Both the position numbers and the translations under genes were made by a program. The notes under the pieces were generated by a model. The model saw only the letters and a list, made by a program, of their open reading frames with translations, searched no databases and was not told the DNA's origin. A stretch of 64,000 nucleotides of DNA. It comes from Synechococcus sp. GTDB taxonomy: Bacteria; Cyanobacteriota; Cyanobacteriia; Thermostichales; PCC-7336. This document shows, one piece after another, positions 54,070 to 63,253 of this stretch. Position 1 is the stretch's first letter; every line of letters starts with the position of its first letter. The stretch spans positions 96,001 to 160,000 of the forward strand of contig JBFRWN010000124.1 of assembly GCA_051439605.1 (NCBI GenBank), given 5' to 3'.

Positions 54070-54441
54070 ATGTCTAACCCAATCCCGACGCCCCCAATGA
54101 CTCCCATTCAAGCTGTGCCTGACCAGCTGACGCTGCACCTAGAAACAGGGTCCATCAGCTTTAATTGCCCTCACTCAACCGCTGTCGAGCTCAATCGAGC
54201 CCTCGATACACTGGTAAAGCGCCTCAAAACGGTGGCTACCGATCCTAAATCCCCTCAGCCAGCGGTTGAATTCCGCAATACAGAAGGATTTTTTCTAGAA
54301 GTGTTCTGCAATCCCAATATCTGGCCCACCCCTTACGCAGCTAAGCTCAATCTCACCCTGAAAACCGATCGTGTCCGTCTCTCAACCGAGCTACTTCTGT
54401 CCCAAGTGCGTGAAGATATCGGTCAATTTTTGGGGAGATAA
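54070..54441 (+). CDS. Conserved cyanobacterial hypothetical protein
   Basis: FLEVFCNPNIWPTPYAAK motif. Confidence 0.75.
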   Translation: MSNPIPTPPMTPIQAVPDQLTLHLETGSISFNCPHSTAVELNRALDTLVKRLKTVATDPKSPQPAVEFRNTEGFFLEVFCNPNIWPTPYAAKLNLTLKTDRVRLSTELLLSQVREDIGQFLGR

Positions 54442-54887
54442 TGTCGGAATTCTCCACCACCATCACCGCGCTCCCGCAGGAAGAGGCAAACGAGGGAAGG
54501 CCGACTGAAGCGGTCTGGCTAGATTGGCACGAACGCCGCAAAGCCCGACAGCGGGTCACGAGCGATGCTGGGACAGAGCTGTTTTTGGCTCTACCCCGAG
54601 GTACCGTTTTGGCGGACGGTCAGTGTCTGTATCGGGAGGCTGACAGACAGATTATTGTCAAAGCGAGATCGCAGCCTCTACTCAAAATTCATCCCCAATC
54701 CCCTGTGGAGAGCTGTCGCATCGCACACCATTTGGGCAATTGGCACCGTCCGATTCAAATCGATCCGGATGGAGTCATCTGGGTGGAATGCGATCGACCC
54801 ATTGCAGACTGGCTGCAGCGGACAGGGATTTCATTTGAAACATTAGAGTCCCCCTTCCATCCCAACTCCATTGCCCATCAGCATTAG
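54441..54887 (+). CDS. ureE: Urease accessory protein UreE
   Basis: R.K.R.R..SD.G.E..L.LPRG..L.DG, AHHLGNWH; His-containing tail. Confidence 0.85.
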   Translation: MSEFSTTITALPQEEANEGRPTEAVWLDWHERRKARQRVTSDAGTELFLALPRGTVLADGQCLYREADRQIIVKARSQPLLKIHPQSPVESCRIAHHLGNWHRPIQIDPDGVIWVECDRPIADWLQRTGISFETLESPFHPNSIAHQH

Positions 54888-55395
54888 TCCTAAATTGCAT
54901 GAGATAGTCTGACAACGGACGTCAACCCAAGAATAAATGGCGGCGAGGGGCATCAATTATGAGAAAATTCTGCCGAACGTCTGAAAGGCTCTCAGTTTTG
55001 TCACAGTCTGCATGATGCCTGCATCAGGCTCAAGAAATGGTCCCGACCTTAGAGAAGCTAATATGGCTGTTGAAACCTCGCTACTTATGGCTCAAGCAGT
55101 CCTTGCCGGGACTGGCGTTTGAGGGGCCTAGCCTTTAGTATGTAGCTTAATATAGTTAAGCTTTGGCACAGACGCCCGAACTTCAGACAGAGAGTTGCGC
55201 TCAATGTGTGAGCATAGGGGGAGCAAATTGGTGAGCGTTTTACATTTCTTTACCGCGTTTTCACTTTAGCGATGGGATTGCGTAGAGGTTTGTTTGGTTG
55301 TTGCTGAATTTGTTCTTGCCATTAAAAAGCTGTTATCCATGTCGGCTACATAATTCACATCGTTTTTACATTGTTGTTACTAGGAGTAGCACCGA

Positions 55396-56715
55396 ATGAA
55401 CTTTGGATCGACGTCACGGTTGGGACTCAGCCTGTACGAGACTTCCGACCCCTTGGAGCGATGGCCGGGTCAATCGAACGCTGATACTGAGGTCGTTATT
55501 CGGGCCATCTACCGCCAAGTGCTGGGCAACGTCCACATTATGGACAGCGAGCGACCGATCGCCCTCGAGTCTCGGCTCAGGAACGGAGAGTTGAGCGTCA
55601 GCGAATTTGTGCGCGCATTGGGCAAGTCTGCGCTATATGTAAAACGATTCTGTGATTGCCCCCGCTTCCGCCAGATCGAGCTGGGATACAAGCATTTCCT
55701 GGGTAGAGCCCCCAACAGCTATGCCGAAATGTTGGCTGGTACTGCAATCATGGATCGAGGCGGCTTCGATGCCTTGGTTGACTTTTTCGTAGACAGTGAT
55801 GAATTTAAGTCGACGTTCGGTAGCGATACGGTTCCTTACATCCGGGGCTATAAATCAGATGCTCTGAGTTCTAATGCAGGGTTCTCCTATATGTTCGAAC
55901 TCCTTGGCGGACCAGCCAGTAGCGATGCTGGGAAGGCTTCTGTTCTGAACGCATCCATCACACAAGAGAAGCCAAAGACGATCGCACCTGTTTACAAAAA
56001 GCCCGTTATTCTTCCTTATCAACCCCCAACTAAATTTACAATCCCAACTGCAGCTCCTGCTGCTACTCCTGCTGCTCCAACGTTTGCATCCACTCCCGCC
56101 GCCGTTCCCGGAAAAGTCCCGAGCGCCCCAGGTGGAGCACAAGCACCACTATTGGGCGAGGCTGCTACCAGTGGTGGATTTTTCGGAAAAATCCTCAGCT
56201 TTGTGGAAAAACTTACAGGTGGCGGAGAGGCCCCTGCTGCAGCTGAAGCCGGACAAGTGGCAGCCAGCGCGGCCCCAGAGCAGCCAAAAAAGGCATTTTT
56301 CTTAGAGCCCGATGAGGCAATTTCCTTGGGGAACGTGGAGTACATGCGCACTCCAAGAACCGTTCGTCGAAGCTTCCCCAACGTTGCCGAGCCCGACAAG
56401 CCACTGGAATTTGAAGCTGTCGTTGATGCAACTAAGAAAGTTATCACTCCCGAGGCTGAGAAGCCGACAGGAATTCCTTCTGCGCTTGCGCCGAAGAAAG
56501 AAGAAGTTAAAATTCCAGTTGTTATCGCGCCTTTCGCTCCTGGTGTGAAAGTATCGGAGTCATTGAAGGAGTTTGGTACGACTGCTTCAAGAGCGGGGAA
56601 ATCCGGTCCTTATGTTTCGATGTCGATGTCTCCTGAGGTATCCGTTCGTCGGAATAAGGACAGCAGCCTCGATGCATTTCGCAAGATGGCAACTGCAATT
56701 CGGAAAGGTGAATAG
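55396..56715 (+). CDS. Phycobilisome linker-domain protein with a long Ala/Pro-rich linker and an extra C-terminal domain
   Basis: IRAIYRQVLGN, LRNGELSVSEFVRAL, KHFLGRAP, DSDEF..FGSDTVPY. Confidence 0.85.
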   Translation: MNFGSTSRLGLSLYETSDPLERWPGQSNADTEVVIRAIYRQVLGNVHIMDSERPIALESRLRNGELSVSEFVRALGKSALYVKRFCDCPRFRQIELGYKHFLGRAPNSYAEMLAGTAIMDRGGFDALVDFFVDSDEFKSTFGSDTVPYIRGYKSDALSSNAGFSYMFELLGGPASSDAGKASVLNASITQEKPKTIAPVYKKPVILPYQPPTKFTIPTAAPAATPAAPTFASTPAAVPGKVPSAPGGAQAPLLGEAATSGGFFGKILSFVEKLTGGGEAPAAAEAGQVAASAAPEQPKKAFFLEPDEAISLGNVEYMRTPRTVRRSFPNVAEPDKPLEFEAVVDATKKVITPEAEKPTGIPSALAPKKEEVKIPVVIAPFAPGVKVSESLKEFGTTASRAGKSGPYVSMSMSPEVSVRRNKDSSLDAFRKMATAIRKGE

Positions 56716-56797
56716 TCTGGCTAGGTTGAGCAGGGCTCTGAATTGCTGTAAGTGTTCCCCCTCGTTTCCGCACTATACGGGAACCTAAAACGAACCT

Positions 56798-56834
56798 ACA
56801 AATGACTCTGTCGATCGCCGGTAGAGTCATTTGT
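56798..56834. terminator. Inverted repeat between convergent genes
   Basis: ACAAATGACTCT-N13-AGAGTCATTTGT, 12-bp stem. Confidence 0.65.
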
Positions 56835-56911
56835 GTGGCGACCGTCAAGTTACCTTGCGATTTAGCAAGCCTCGATCGCCGATGTTGATTTGAGAAATGA
56901 CCGGACTCGAA

Positions 56912-59608
56912 TTAAGACTTCGAGTCCTTTTGGGGAAAACGATTGAGTACAAAAGCGATCGCCTCTTCCCGGGTTTGGAGCTTCCCATCGAGATTGGCAT
57001 CTCGGATCGCTTGCAGAATATTTCTGAAGCCAGGACCGGGGCGATATCCCAACTGTTTGAGATCGTGTCCGTTGATGGGGGCTTTTTGTTGCCGCCAGCC
57101 AGACAAGTATTGCCACAGCTGCCTGCGCAGCCAAGCTGGCATTGAGGCTGCCAAGAGAATGACATCCGCTACAGAGAGGCGATCGCAGAGTCGAGCTACT
57201 GCGCTGGGGGGGGATCCAGCTGAGAGTTCAGATAGGAACGTATCCCGACACTCTACAAAGTGCTTCAGACGCTGTAGCCCCTCCTGAGTCCAATCGAGGT
57301 ACGTTGCTGCTTCCGCGGCCCGATCGCATTGCAATAGTAAGGACTCTAGTCTGAGCTGCCAGATGTGCCGCTGGTTGACTTCCCGAAAACGACGGGCAAA
57401 GTAATACGCCCAGGCTCCCACCCGCCGCAACCTAGGTAAGGACGTTGGGGTGAGGCGAAGATCGGGGTGCAGATAATGGAACGCTTCGAGGCGATCGAGC
57501 ATTTGCAAGCCCTGCCGCCAGTTTTGGGTCTCGAGCAAGTAATACAGCTCTTGCTTAAGGCGAGGCCCTTGTTCCAAGGTCACCCCAGGTAACTGTTTTC
57601 CACGCACCAGTCGGCTAGCAGCCAAGGCATATTCGCGGGTGCGATCGTCCAGTTCGAAACCGAGACGCACGGCAAAACGTACTGCCCGGATGGTGCGGGT
57701 GGGATCTTCGACGAAGCTATTGGGATGTAAAACCCGCAGCAGCTTTCGGTCTAAATCCTCCAGACCACCAAAGAAATCCAGAATTTCCCCCGCCTGCGGG
57801 CCGTTGAGCCGGAGGGCAAGAGCATTGATAGAAAAATCTCGTCGATAGAGATCCTGTTGGATTGAACTGGCAGATACCTCCGGGGCGGCTGCAGGATACG
57901 GGTAAAACTCGGTGCGGGCGGTGGCGATGTCGATCCAAAGGCCGTCCGGCCAAGTGAGGGCGGCCGTTTGAAATTTGCCGTGAATTTCCAGTTTGGTCTC
58001 GGGGTACTCCTCCTGCAACACTCGGGCCAGCTTCACCCCCCATCCCTCCGGTTCTTCATCGCTCATACTAATGGGGTGACGTCCATCTACCACTAAATCG
58101 AGGTCGTCCGTGGGGCGATCGAGCAACATATCCCTGACTGTGCCCCCCACTACGTACAGTTGCAGGTTCATGCGATCCGCTGCGTCTGCAGCTTTATTCA
58201 AAATGTCCCAGTAGCGATCGGGAAGCATCTGCTGCAGCTTGACCTGCAGGCGATCGCGCACCTGTACCGACGGTTGTTCGGTAGGATGCAAGTCATGCAG
58301 TTGCCGCAGTACGTCCGTTCGGGTGACGATGCCCACCAACTCGCCGCGATCGATGACAGGCAATCGGCCAATATCCCGCTTCAACATCAAATTCTGAATC
58401 TCTGCCAAAGAGGTTTGCGGTTGAATGAAGTAAACGGGATGGGTCATGTATCCCTTCACCGGAGCGTGACCGAAGCCGTGGTGCAAAGCTAGGTCCAAAT
58501 CTCGACGGGAAACGACCCCCACCAACTCGCCACTTTCGTTGACCACCGATAGTCCAGAGTGGCCGTACCGCAGCAGCACCCGCTGGGCTTCGTTGATGGT
58601 GATGTCCGGCCGAATGGTGCGCACGGGGGAGGACATCAACTCCGATGCAGTGACCGGGTGAGGAATCCGATCACGCAAGCGGTTGCGAATGTCTGCGGCC
58701 AGTGTTTCTAGTCCCTCCAGATCGCTGACATGAAGGTCCTCAGCTTTCAGGGAGGCTGATGCGGCTCGAGGATGACCGCCGCCGCTGTAGGGTTGCATCA
58801 CTGTTTGCAGTTGAGCAAAGTCATGCATCGATCGCCCGATGATGCTGATGCGCTTGCCTTGGTGGGCTATCACCACCAGGATATCTAGGTCCGTCAGCTC
58901 CATTAGCCGCTCTACAATGCCCGAGAGTCCCCGCAAATAGACATCGCTTTGTACTGCCCACACCGCCAGTCGATAACCAGAGACCATCTCGCTAATTTGG
59001 CTAATGGTGTCCAGCCCTTGGGCTAGTAGCTCTTGCAGATCTGGGGTGAGACCGCGATCGATATAGGTCGATAGCACATCAAGATTCACCCCCCGCTCCA
59101 TCAACCAGGCCAGAGCAGCTGCGTCCCGAGGAGAGCTATTGCCGAAGGTAAGAGAGCCTGTATCGACGTGAATCCCTAATGCTAGTGCCGTGACCTCAAA
59201 AGGACTTAGCTCGATGTCTGTTTGTCGCAATCGTTCTACCATCAATGTGGAAGTGGCCCCTACTGGCTCTACACACCAAACCTTGGGTTGGTAATCTGGC
59301 TGCTTGGGGTTGGGGTGGTGGTCGAAAACATGCACTTCCACGTCTTCGCGGTAGACCCAAGACTCAGCTTTTCCCAATCTTTGAGGGGATTGTACGTCCA
59401 CTAACACAATGCGATGGAGCGATCTCTCGTCCACCGATCGTATTTCGATGAGGGGATATTCGTCTCGGTGCAGAGCCAAAAATTCTTTCACCGGCTGGTG
59501 TGCTCCGCCTGTGAGGACAATTTTGGCCCCAGGGTACAAGTGCGCTGCCCCCACCGCTGCACCGAGGGCGTCAAAATCAGCAGTTTCGTGGCAAAGAATG
59601 ACATCCAT
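56912..59608 (-). CDS. DHH-CBS-containing tRNA nucleotidyltransferase (A-adding type)
   Basis: Start MDVILCHETADFDALG at 59608; DHH, GGGH, 2 CBS, VGGTVRD..DLDL, RRDFSINA, EDPTR. Confidence 0.92.
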   Translation of the reverse strand: MDVILCHETADFDALGAAVGAAHLYPGAKIVLTGGAHQPVKEFLALHRDEYPLIEIRSVDERSLHRIVLVDVQSPQRLGKAESWVYREDVEVHVFDHHPNPKQPDYQPKVWCVEPVGATSTLMVERLRQTDIELSPFEVTALALGIHVDTGSLTFGNSSPRDAAALAWLMERGVNLDVLSTYIDRGLTPDLQELLAQGLDTISQISEMVSGYRLAVWAVQSDVYLRGLSGIVERLMELTDLDILVVIAHQGKRISIIGRSMHDFAQLQTVMQPYSGGGHPRAASASLKAEDLHVSDLEGLETLAADIRNRLRDRIPHPVTASELMSSPVRTIRPDITINEAQRVLLRYGHSGLSVVNESGELVGVVSRRDLDLALHHGFGHAPVKGYMTHPVYFIQPQTSLAEIQNLMLKRDIGRLPVIDRGELVGIVTRTDVLRQLHDLHPTEQPSVQVRDRLQVKLQQMLPDRYWDILNKAADAADRMNLQLYVVGGTVRDMLLDRPTDDLDLVVDGRHPISMSDEEPEGWGVKLARVLQEEYPETKLEIHGKFQTAALTWPDGLWIDIATARTEFYPYPAAAPEVSASSIQQDLYRRDFSINALALRLNGPQAGEILDFFGGLEDLDRKLLRVLHPNSFVEDPTRTIRAVRFAVRLGFELDDRTREYALAASRLVRGKQLPGVTLEQGPRLKQELYYLLETQNWRQGLQMLDRLEAFHYLHPDLRLTPTSLPRLRRVGAWAYYFARRFREVNQRHIWQLRLESLLLQCDRAAEAATYLDWTQEGLQRLKHFVECRDTFLSELSAGSPPSAVARLCDRLSVADVILLAASMPAWLRRQLWQYLSGWRQQKAPINGHDLKQLGYRPGPGFRNILQAIRDANLDGKLQTREEAIAFVLNRFPQKDSKS

Positions 59609-59825
59609 AAACAGGCGCGGACTGGCGAGAAGGATAGTGGAATAGCTCGTGAGGCTATCTTGATTCTTGCATCTGCGGTCATGCAGAGTTGGAGATTGGT
59701 GGGGGGAGAATGAGCGATCGTCAACAACGGTCCTGCATACCCTAGGAAAAAGCCCTGCCGCAGTGGGCAAGGCGCTGTTTAGCGTGGGAAGTGAAAGACT
59801 CAATGGGAACGGGCTAGTGCTTGAG

Positions 59826-60341
59826 TTAATAGGCTCCGGACTCGCTGCTGGTGCCCGAGTCATTGAGAGTTTGGAGGAACTTGGGACGGAAGTTTTTGTT
59901 GTAGACACCAGACTCGCTACTGGCGGACGCTTCGTTGACTTTTTGTAGGAACTCGGGTCGGAAGTTTTTGTTGTAGACACCAGACTCACTACTGGTGGAC
60001 GCTTCGTTGACTTTTTGTAGGAACTCGGGTCGGAAGTTTTTGTTGTAGACACCAGACTCGCTGCTGCTGCCTGCGTCATTAAGCGTTTGCAGGAACTTGG
60101 GGCGAGAGTTTTTGTTGTAGACGCCAGACTCGCTGCTAGAGGAGGCGCTGTTTACTTTTTGGAGAAACTCGGGCCGGAAGTTTTTGCGGGAAGCGCCAGA
60201 ATTTTTGCTGGTGCCTTGAGATTCGAGGCGGTCGAGGGTTTCGAGAATGGAAGCGTTAGAAGGAGCGGGGGCTGCAGCGGCAACTACGGCAACAGCTGCG
60301 ATCGCGAAGGTGGCGGAAGACAGAGTTTTGAAAGCGTTCAT
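59826..60341 (-). CDS. Secreted protein made of 24-aa tandem repeats
   Basis: Signal peptide ending PSNA; repeats SSESGVYNKNFRPEFLQKVNEAST; RBS GGAG. Confidence 0.8.
   Translation of the reverse strand: MNAFKTLSSATFAIAAVAVVAAAAPAPSNASILETLDRLESQGTSKNSGASRKNFRPEFLQKVNSASSSSESGVYNKNSRPKFLQTLNDAGSSSESGVYNKNFRPEFLQKVNEASTSSESGVYNKNFRPEFLQKVNEASASSESGVYNKNFRPKFLQTLNDSGTSSESGAY
59835..60190. repeat. 72-bp tandem repeat, about 5 copies
   Basis: GTAGACRCCAGACTC recurs at 59901, 59973, 60045 and 60117. Confidence 0.95.
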
Positions 60342-60731
60342 GATGAAATCTCCGATGTGGTGTGAGGGATTTCGAATTCCTTATTTCCCTGACGCTTATC
60401 AGTAAACGAGGTCTGGCTGAGAGTTAACCAAAGGTTCTATCTACATTCGTTAAAGGTCCGGTGAGCGATCGCTCGTATCGCTTTAAGGTGGTTCTCAGGT
60501 GAGAACTGGCGACGATCCAGTTGAGGAGATCGACTGGGGCAGTACCCACTACCACTGATGCTGTTGTCGTTTACACGGTTTACAAAGCTTCCCAATGGAA
60601 AAATTTGGCAGTTGGAAACCTTGCTATAAGGTTGCTAACGGCTGGCATCCAAATGCTGTCTCGGGGAACGATAACCAGAGGTCAGCTGTGGCCGCCATCT
60701 AGACCGCAAACCTGTTGTGTGAATACAAGCC

Positions 60732-61619
60732 GTGGGCAAACCCCTCACAGTCTTATTTGCCGATGTGTGTGACAGTACGTCACTGTACGAAACTCTGGGG
60801 AATCAGGAGGCTCAGCGAACCATTGGTGCATCGCTGCTGCAGATCGTGGCGATCGTGCAGGAATGTCGGGGCTGTACGGTCAAGATGCTTGGGGATGGGG
60901 TGTTGGCAGTGTTCGAATGTCCCCAAGATGCCTGTCAGGCTGCGATGGAAATTCAGCGTCAGCTTTCCAATTATTTTCGAGCGGGTGGAATTCGTTCGGG
61001 TATGAAGGTTGGCCTCAATCAGGGGGATGTGGTTCGCGAAGGCGGAGATGTATTTGGAGATGCGGTGAATGTGGCCTCCCGATTGGGAGAGACTGCGAAG
61101 ATCGATCAAATTTTGACCACCCAAGCAACGATTGCGGCTCTCGATTCTGCTTGGCCACTCCAAATACGGGAGGTGGACCGCCTGTACGTCAAAGGCAAGC
61201 GAGAACGGGTGGATGTGTGCGAAATCATTTGGAAGCAAGAGGGACTGACAGTCGCTAAGTTTTTAGCCCAGCCAACTGCGACGTTATCCCCCAAGCTAAC
61301 GCTGCAGGTTGAGGACCTAGAGGCAATCGCCGATCGCCAACATCCGACCCTTACAGTTGGAAGGGATACCGATAACGATCTGACCATCGATAGCAATTTA
61401 GCGTCTCGCCACCACGCCCGCATCGAATTCCGGCGCAACAAGTTTTATTTGGTCGATCGCAGCACCAACGGAACCTATGTTTACATGTCCGCCAATGCCC
61501 CCGCTGTCTTCGTTCGGTGGGAGGAGCTGGTTTTGAAGGGGGATGGTTGGTTGGGGCTGGGGCAAGAGGTGACGTCAGCGGAAGCAGCTACGATTCGATT
61601 TTCTAGCACTATGTCGTAG
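60732..61619 (+). CDS. Class III adenylate cyclase with a C-terminal FHA domain
   Basis: LFADV..ST, VKMLGD, DVFGDAVNVASR; FHA GR..SRHH..STNGT. Confidence 0.92.
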   Translation: MGKPLTVLFADVCDSTSLYETLGNQEAQRTIGASLLQIVAIVQECRGCTVKMLGDGVLAVFECPQDACQAAMEIQRQLSNYFRAGGIRSGMKVGLNQGDVVREGGDVFGDAVNVASRLGETAKIDQILTTQATIAALDSAWPLQIREVDRLYVKGKRERVDVCEIIWKQEGLTVAKFLAQPTATLSPKLTLQVEDLEAIADRQHPTLTVGRDTDNDLTIDSNLASRHHARIEFRRNKFYLVDRSTNGTYVYMSANAPAVFVRWEELVLKGDGWLGLGQEVTSAEAATIRFSSTMS

Positions 61620-61697
61620 AGATGGCATTGCTCGGCACAGAGTCGCTTGCCGCGATGTTGCGATTACACTGGCTAGGACCCTCTTGCTTGGATTCCA

Positions 61698-62666
61698 TTG
61701 GCTGCCTTTACCCTCCGTTCTGCGACACCAAGCGACACCCCCGCGATCTTTCGGCTAATTCAAACGCTGGCAGAGTACGAGCGTTTAGCCCACGAGGTGA
61801 CGGGTTCTCTGGAGATGCTGCATGGGTCGCTGTTTGGCGATCGCCCAGTGGCTGAAGTGTTGCTGGCGGATTTGGATGGCGAAGCGGCGGGGTTTGCGTT
61901 GTTTTTTCCCACCTATTCGTCTTTTGAGGGTAAGCCAGGGATTTATTTAGAAGATTTGTTCGTGCGGTCCGAGTTCCGGCGCAAAGGAATTGCAAAAGCG
62001 TTGTTGAGCAGGCTGGCGCAGTTGGTGCTAGAGCGGAAGGGATCTAGGTTGCAATGGGCGGTGCTAGATTGGAATACCCCTGCGATTGAGTTTTACCAGC
62101 GCATTGGGGCAGAGCAACTGGGACACCGCTGTCTATGCCGCGTGACGGGTGGCGACCTCACTGAATTAGCGGAAAGGGAGGCGAAGCAGGAGGTGAGATC
62201 GCCGCAGTTTGAAGATCTGACCTCTATCCTCAGTTTGCTGCGGGGGAATGCGCAGTTTCACGATTTGCTGGATCGATTTCATTTGAGCGAGGCGGAGCTT
62301 TCGCGAGCCGTATTTCAATCGCCACCTGCGTTGGAGGTGGTAGTGACGGAGGCTAGAAAAACAATTTGTGGAATAGGGACGTTTTTTGCCAATTACTCGA
62401 CGTTTTTGACGCAGGCGGGGATCCATTTGGATGACCTGCTGATTGCTGAAGATTATCGGCGGCAGGGATTTGGGTCGGCGTTGCTGACTCGACTGGCGCG
62501 GGCGGCGGTGGAGCGGGATGCAGGGCGGTTGGAGTGGTACGTGTATCGGGATAACGAGGAGGCGATCGCCTTTTATCGGCATATGGGGGCGAAACTGCTG
62601 CCAGAATGGATACCGAACCGCGTGAGCGATCGCGCGTTGGTCAATCTTGCTCGGGGAGTGTTATGA
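61698..62666 (+). CDS. Tandem GNAT N-acetyltransferase (SSAT-like domains)
   Basis: Two GNAT domains: YLEDLFV..RRKGIA and HLDDLLI..RRQGFG. Confidence 0.9.
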   Translation: MAAFTLRSATPSDTPAIFRLIQTLAEYERLAHEVTGSLEMLHGSLFGDRPVAEVLLADLDGEAAGFALFFPTYSSFEGKPGIYLEDLFVRSEFRRKGIAKALLSRLAQLVLERKGSRLQWAVLDWNTPAIEFYQRIGAEQLGHRCLCRVTGGDLTELAEREAKQEVRSPQFEDLTSILSLLRGNAQFHDLLDRFHLSEAELSRAVFQSPPALEVVVTEARKTICGIGTFFANYSTFLTQAGIHLDDLLIAEDYRRQGFGSALLTRLARAAVERDAGRLEWYVYRDNEEAIAFYRHMGAKLLPEWIPNRVSDRALVNLARGVL

Positions 62667-62992
62667 AAGGCCCCTCTTTTCCTCTGTATCGTTGGTTTCG
62701 CCAAGGGATCCGCAATCCTGTCACTCGTCAGTGGGTGATTGCGGGGGTGTTGGTGTATTTGGTTAGCCCGATTGATATTGTGCCGTCGTTTTTTCCTGGG
62801 GTGGGGGAGATTGACGATGTGGTGTTGTTGGGACTGCTGCTGTCGGAGTTAGTGCAGTTGTGGTGGGGGAATCAGTTGAATCCGGAGGGGGATGTGGAAG
62901 AAGGGCAGGCTGAGACTCAGAAGTCTACGGGGGCTGGTTCGGCGGCTAGCAGTCAGGTGGTGGATATTGAGGCGGTGGCTGTGGATGAGTAA
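62663..62992 (+). CDS. YkvA/DUF1232 family protein
   Basis: YLVSPIDIVP..PGVGEIDD. Confidence 0.88.
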   Translation: MKGPSFPLYRWFRQGIRNPVTRQWVIAGVLVYLVSPIDIVPSFFPGVGEIDDVVLLGLLLSELVQLWWGNQLNPEGDVEEGQAETQKSTGAGSAASSQVVDIEAVAVDE

Positions 62993-62999
62993 GTCGCAG

Positions 63000-63160
63000 C
63001 TTTTAGGATAGGGCAATTCAGGCTCTTTATCTGATTGAGTAATTTAATCGGCGCATCATCCAGCCGCAGGGGAATAAACCGCCGCTCCTGATTAGTGGGG
63101 TCGCGAAACAATGCAATATGACTTTCTAGCGTCACCCCTTCTGATTGAATCCCCGAAGCG
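63000..63160 (-). pseudogene. TIR-domain gene fragment
   Basis: SEGVTLESHIALFRDPTNQERRFIPLRLDDAPIK resembles the C-terminal half of bacterial TIR_2 domains; the N-terminal half is absent. Confidence 0.55.
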
Positions 63161-63253
63161 CACAAGCTTATCTTGTCTCGCAAGAACAAACTTGGCAGCA
63201 AATCCACCGTTCTCCTTTTCAATCTGCCGATCGCCTGAAGTAATTGTTTACAG

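Noticed and set aside
59609..60079. 157-aa N-terminal extension of the 1055-aa ORF
   Set aside because: Alternative-frame read-through of the 72-bp repeat gene; the nucleotidyltransferase family start is MDVILCH at 59608.
59835..60190. Possible CRISPR array
   Set aside because: The whole 72-bp unit repeats with no unique spacers, the period is a multiple of 3 within an ORF, and there are no cas genes.
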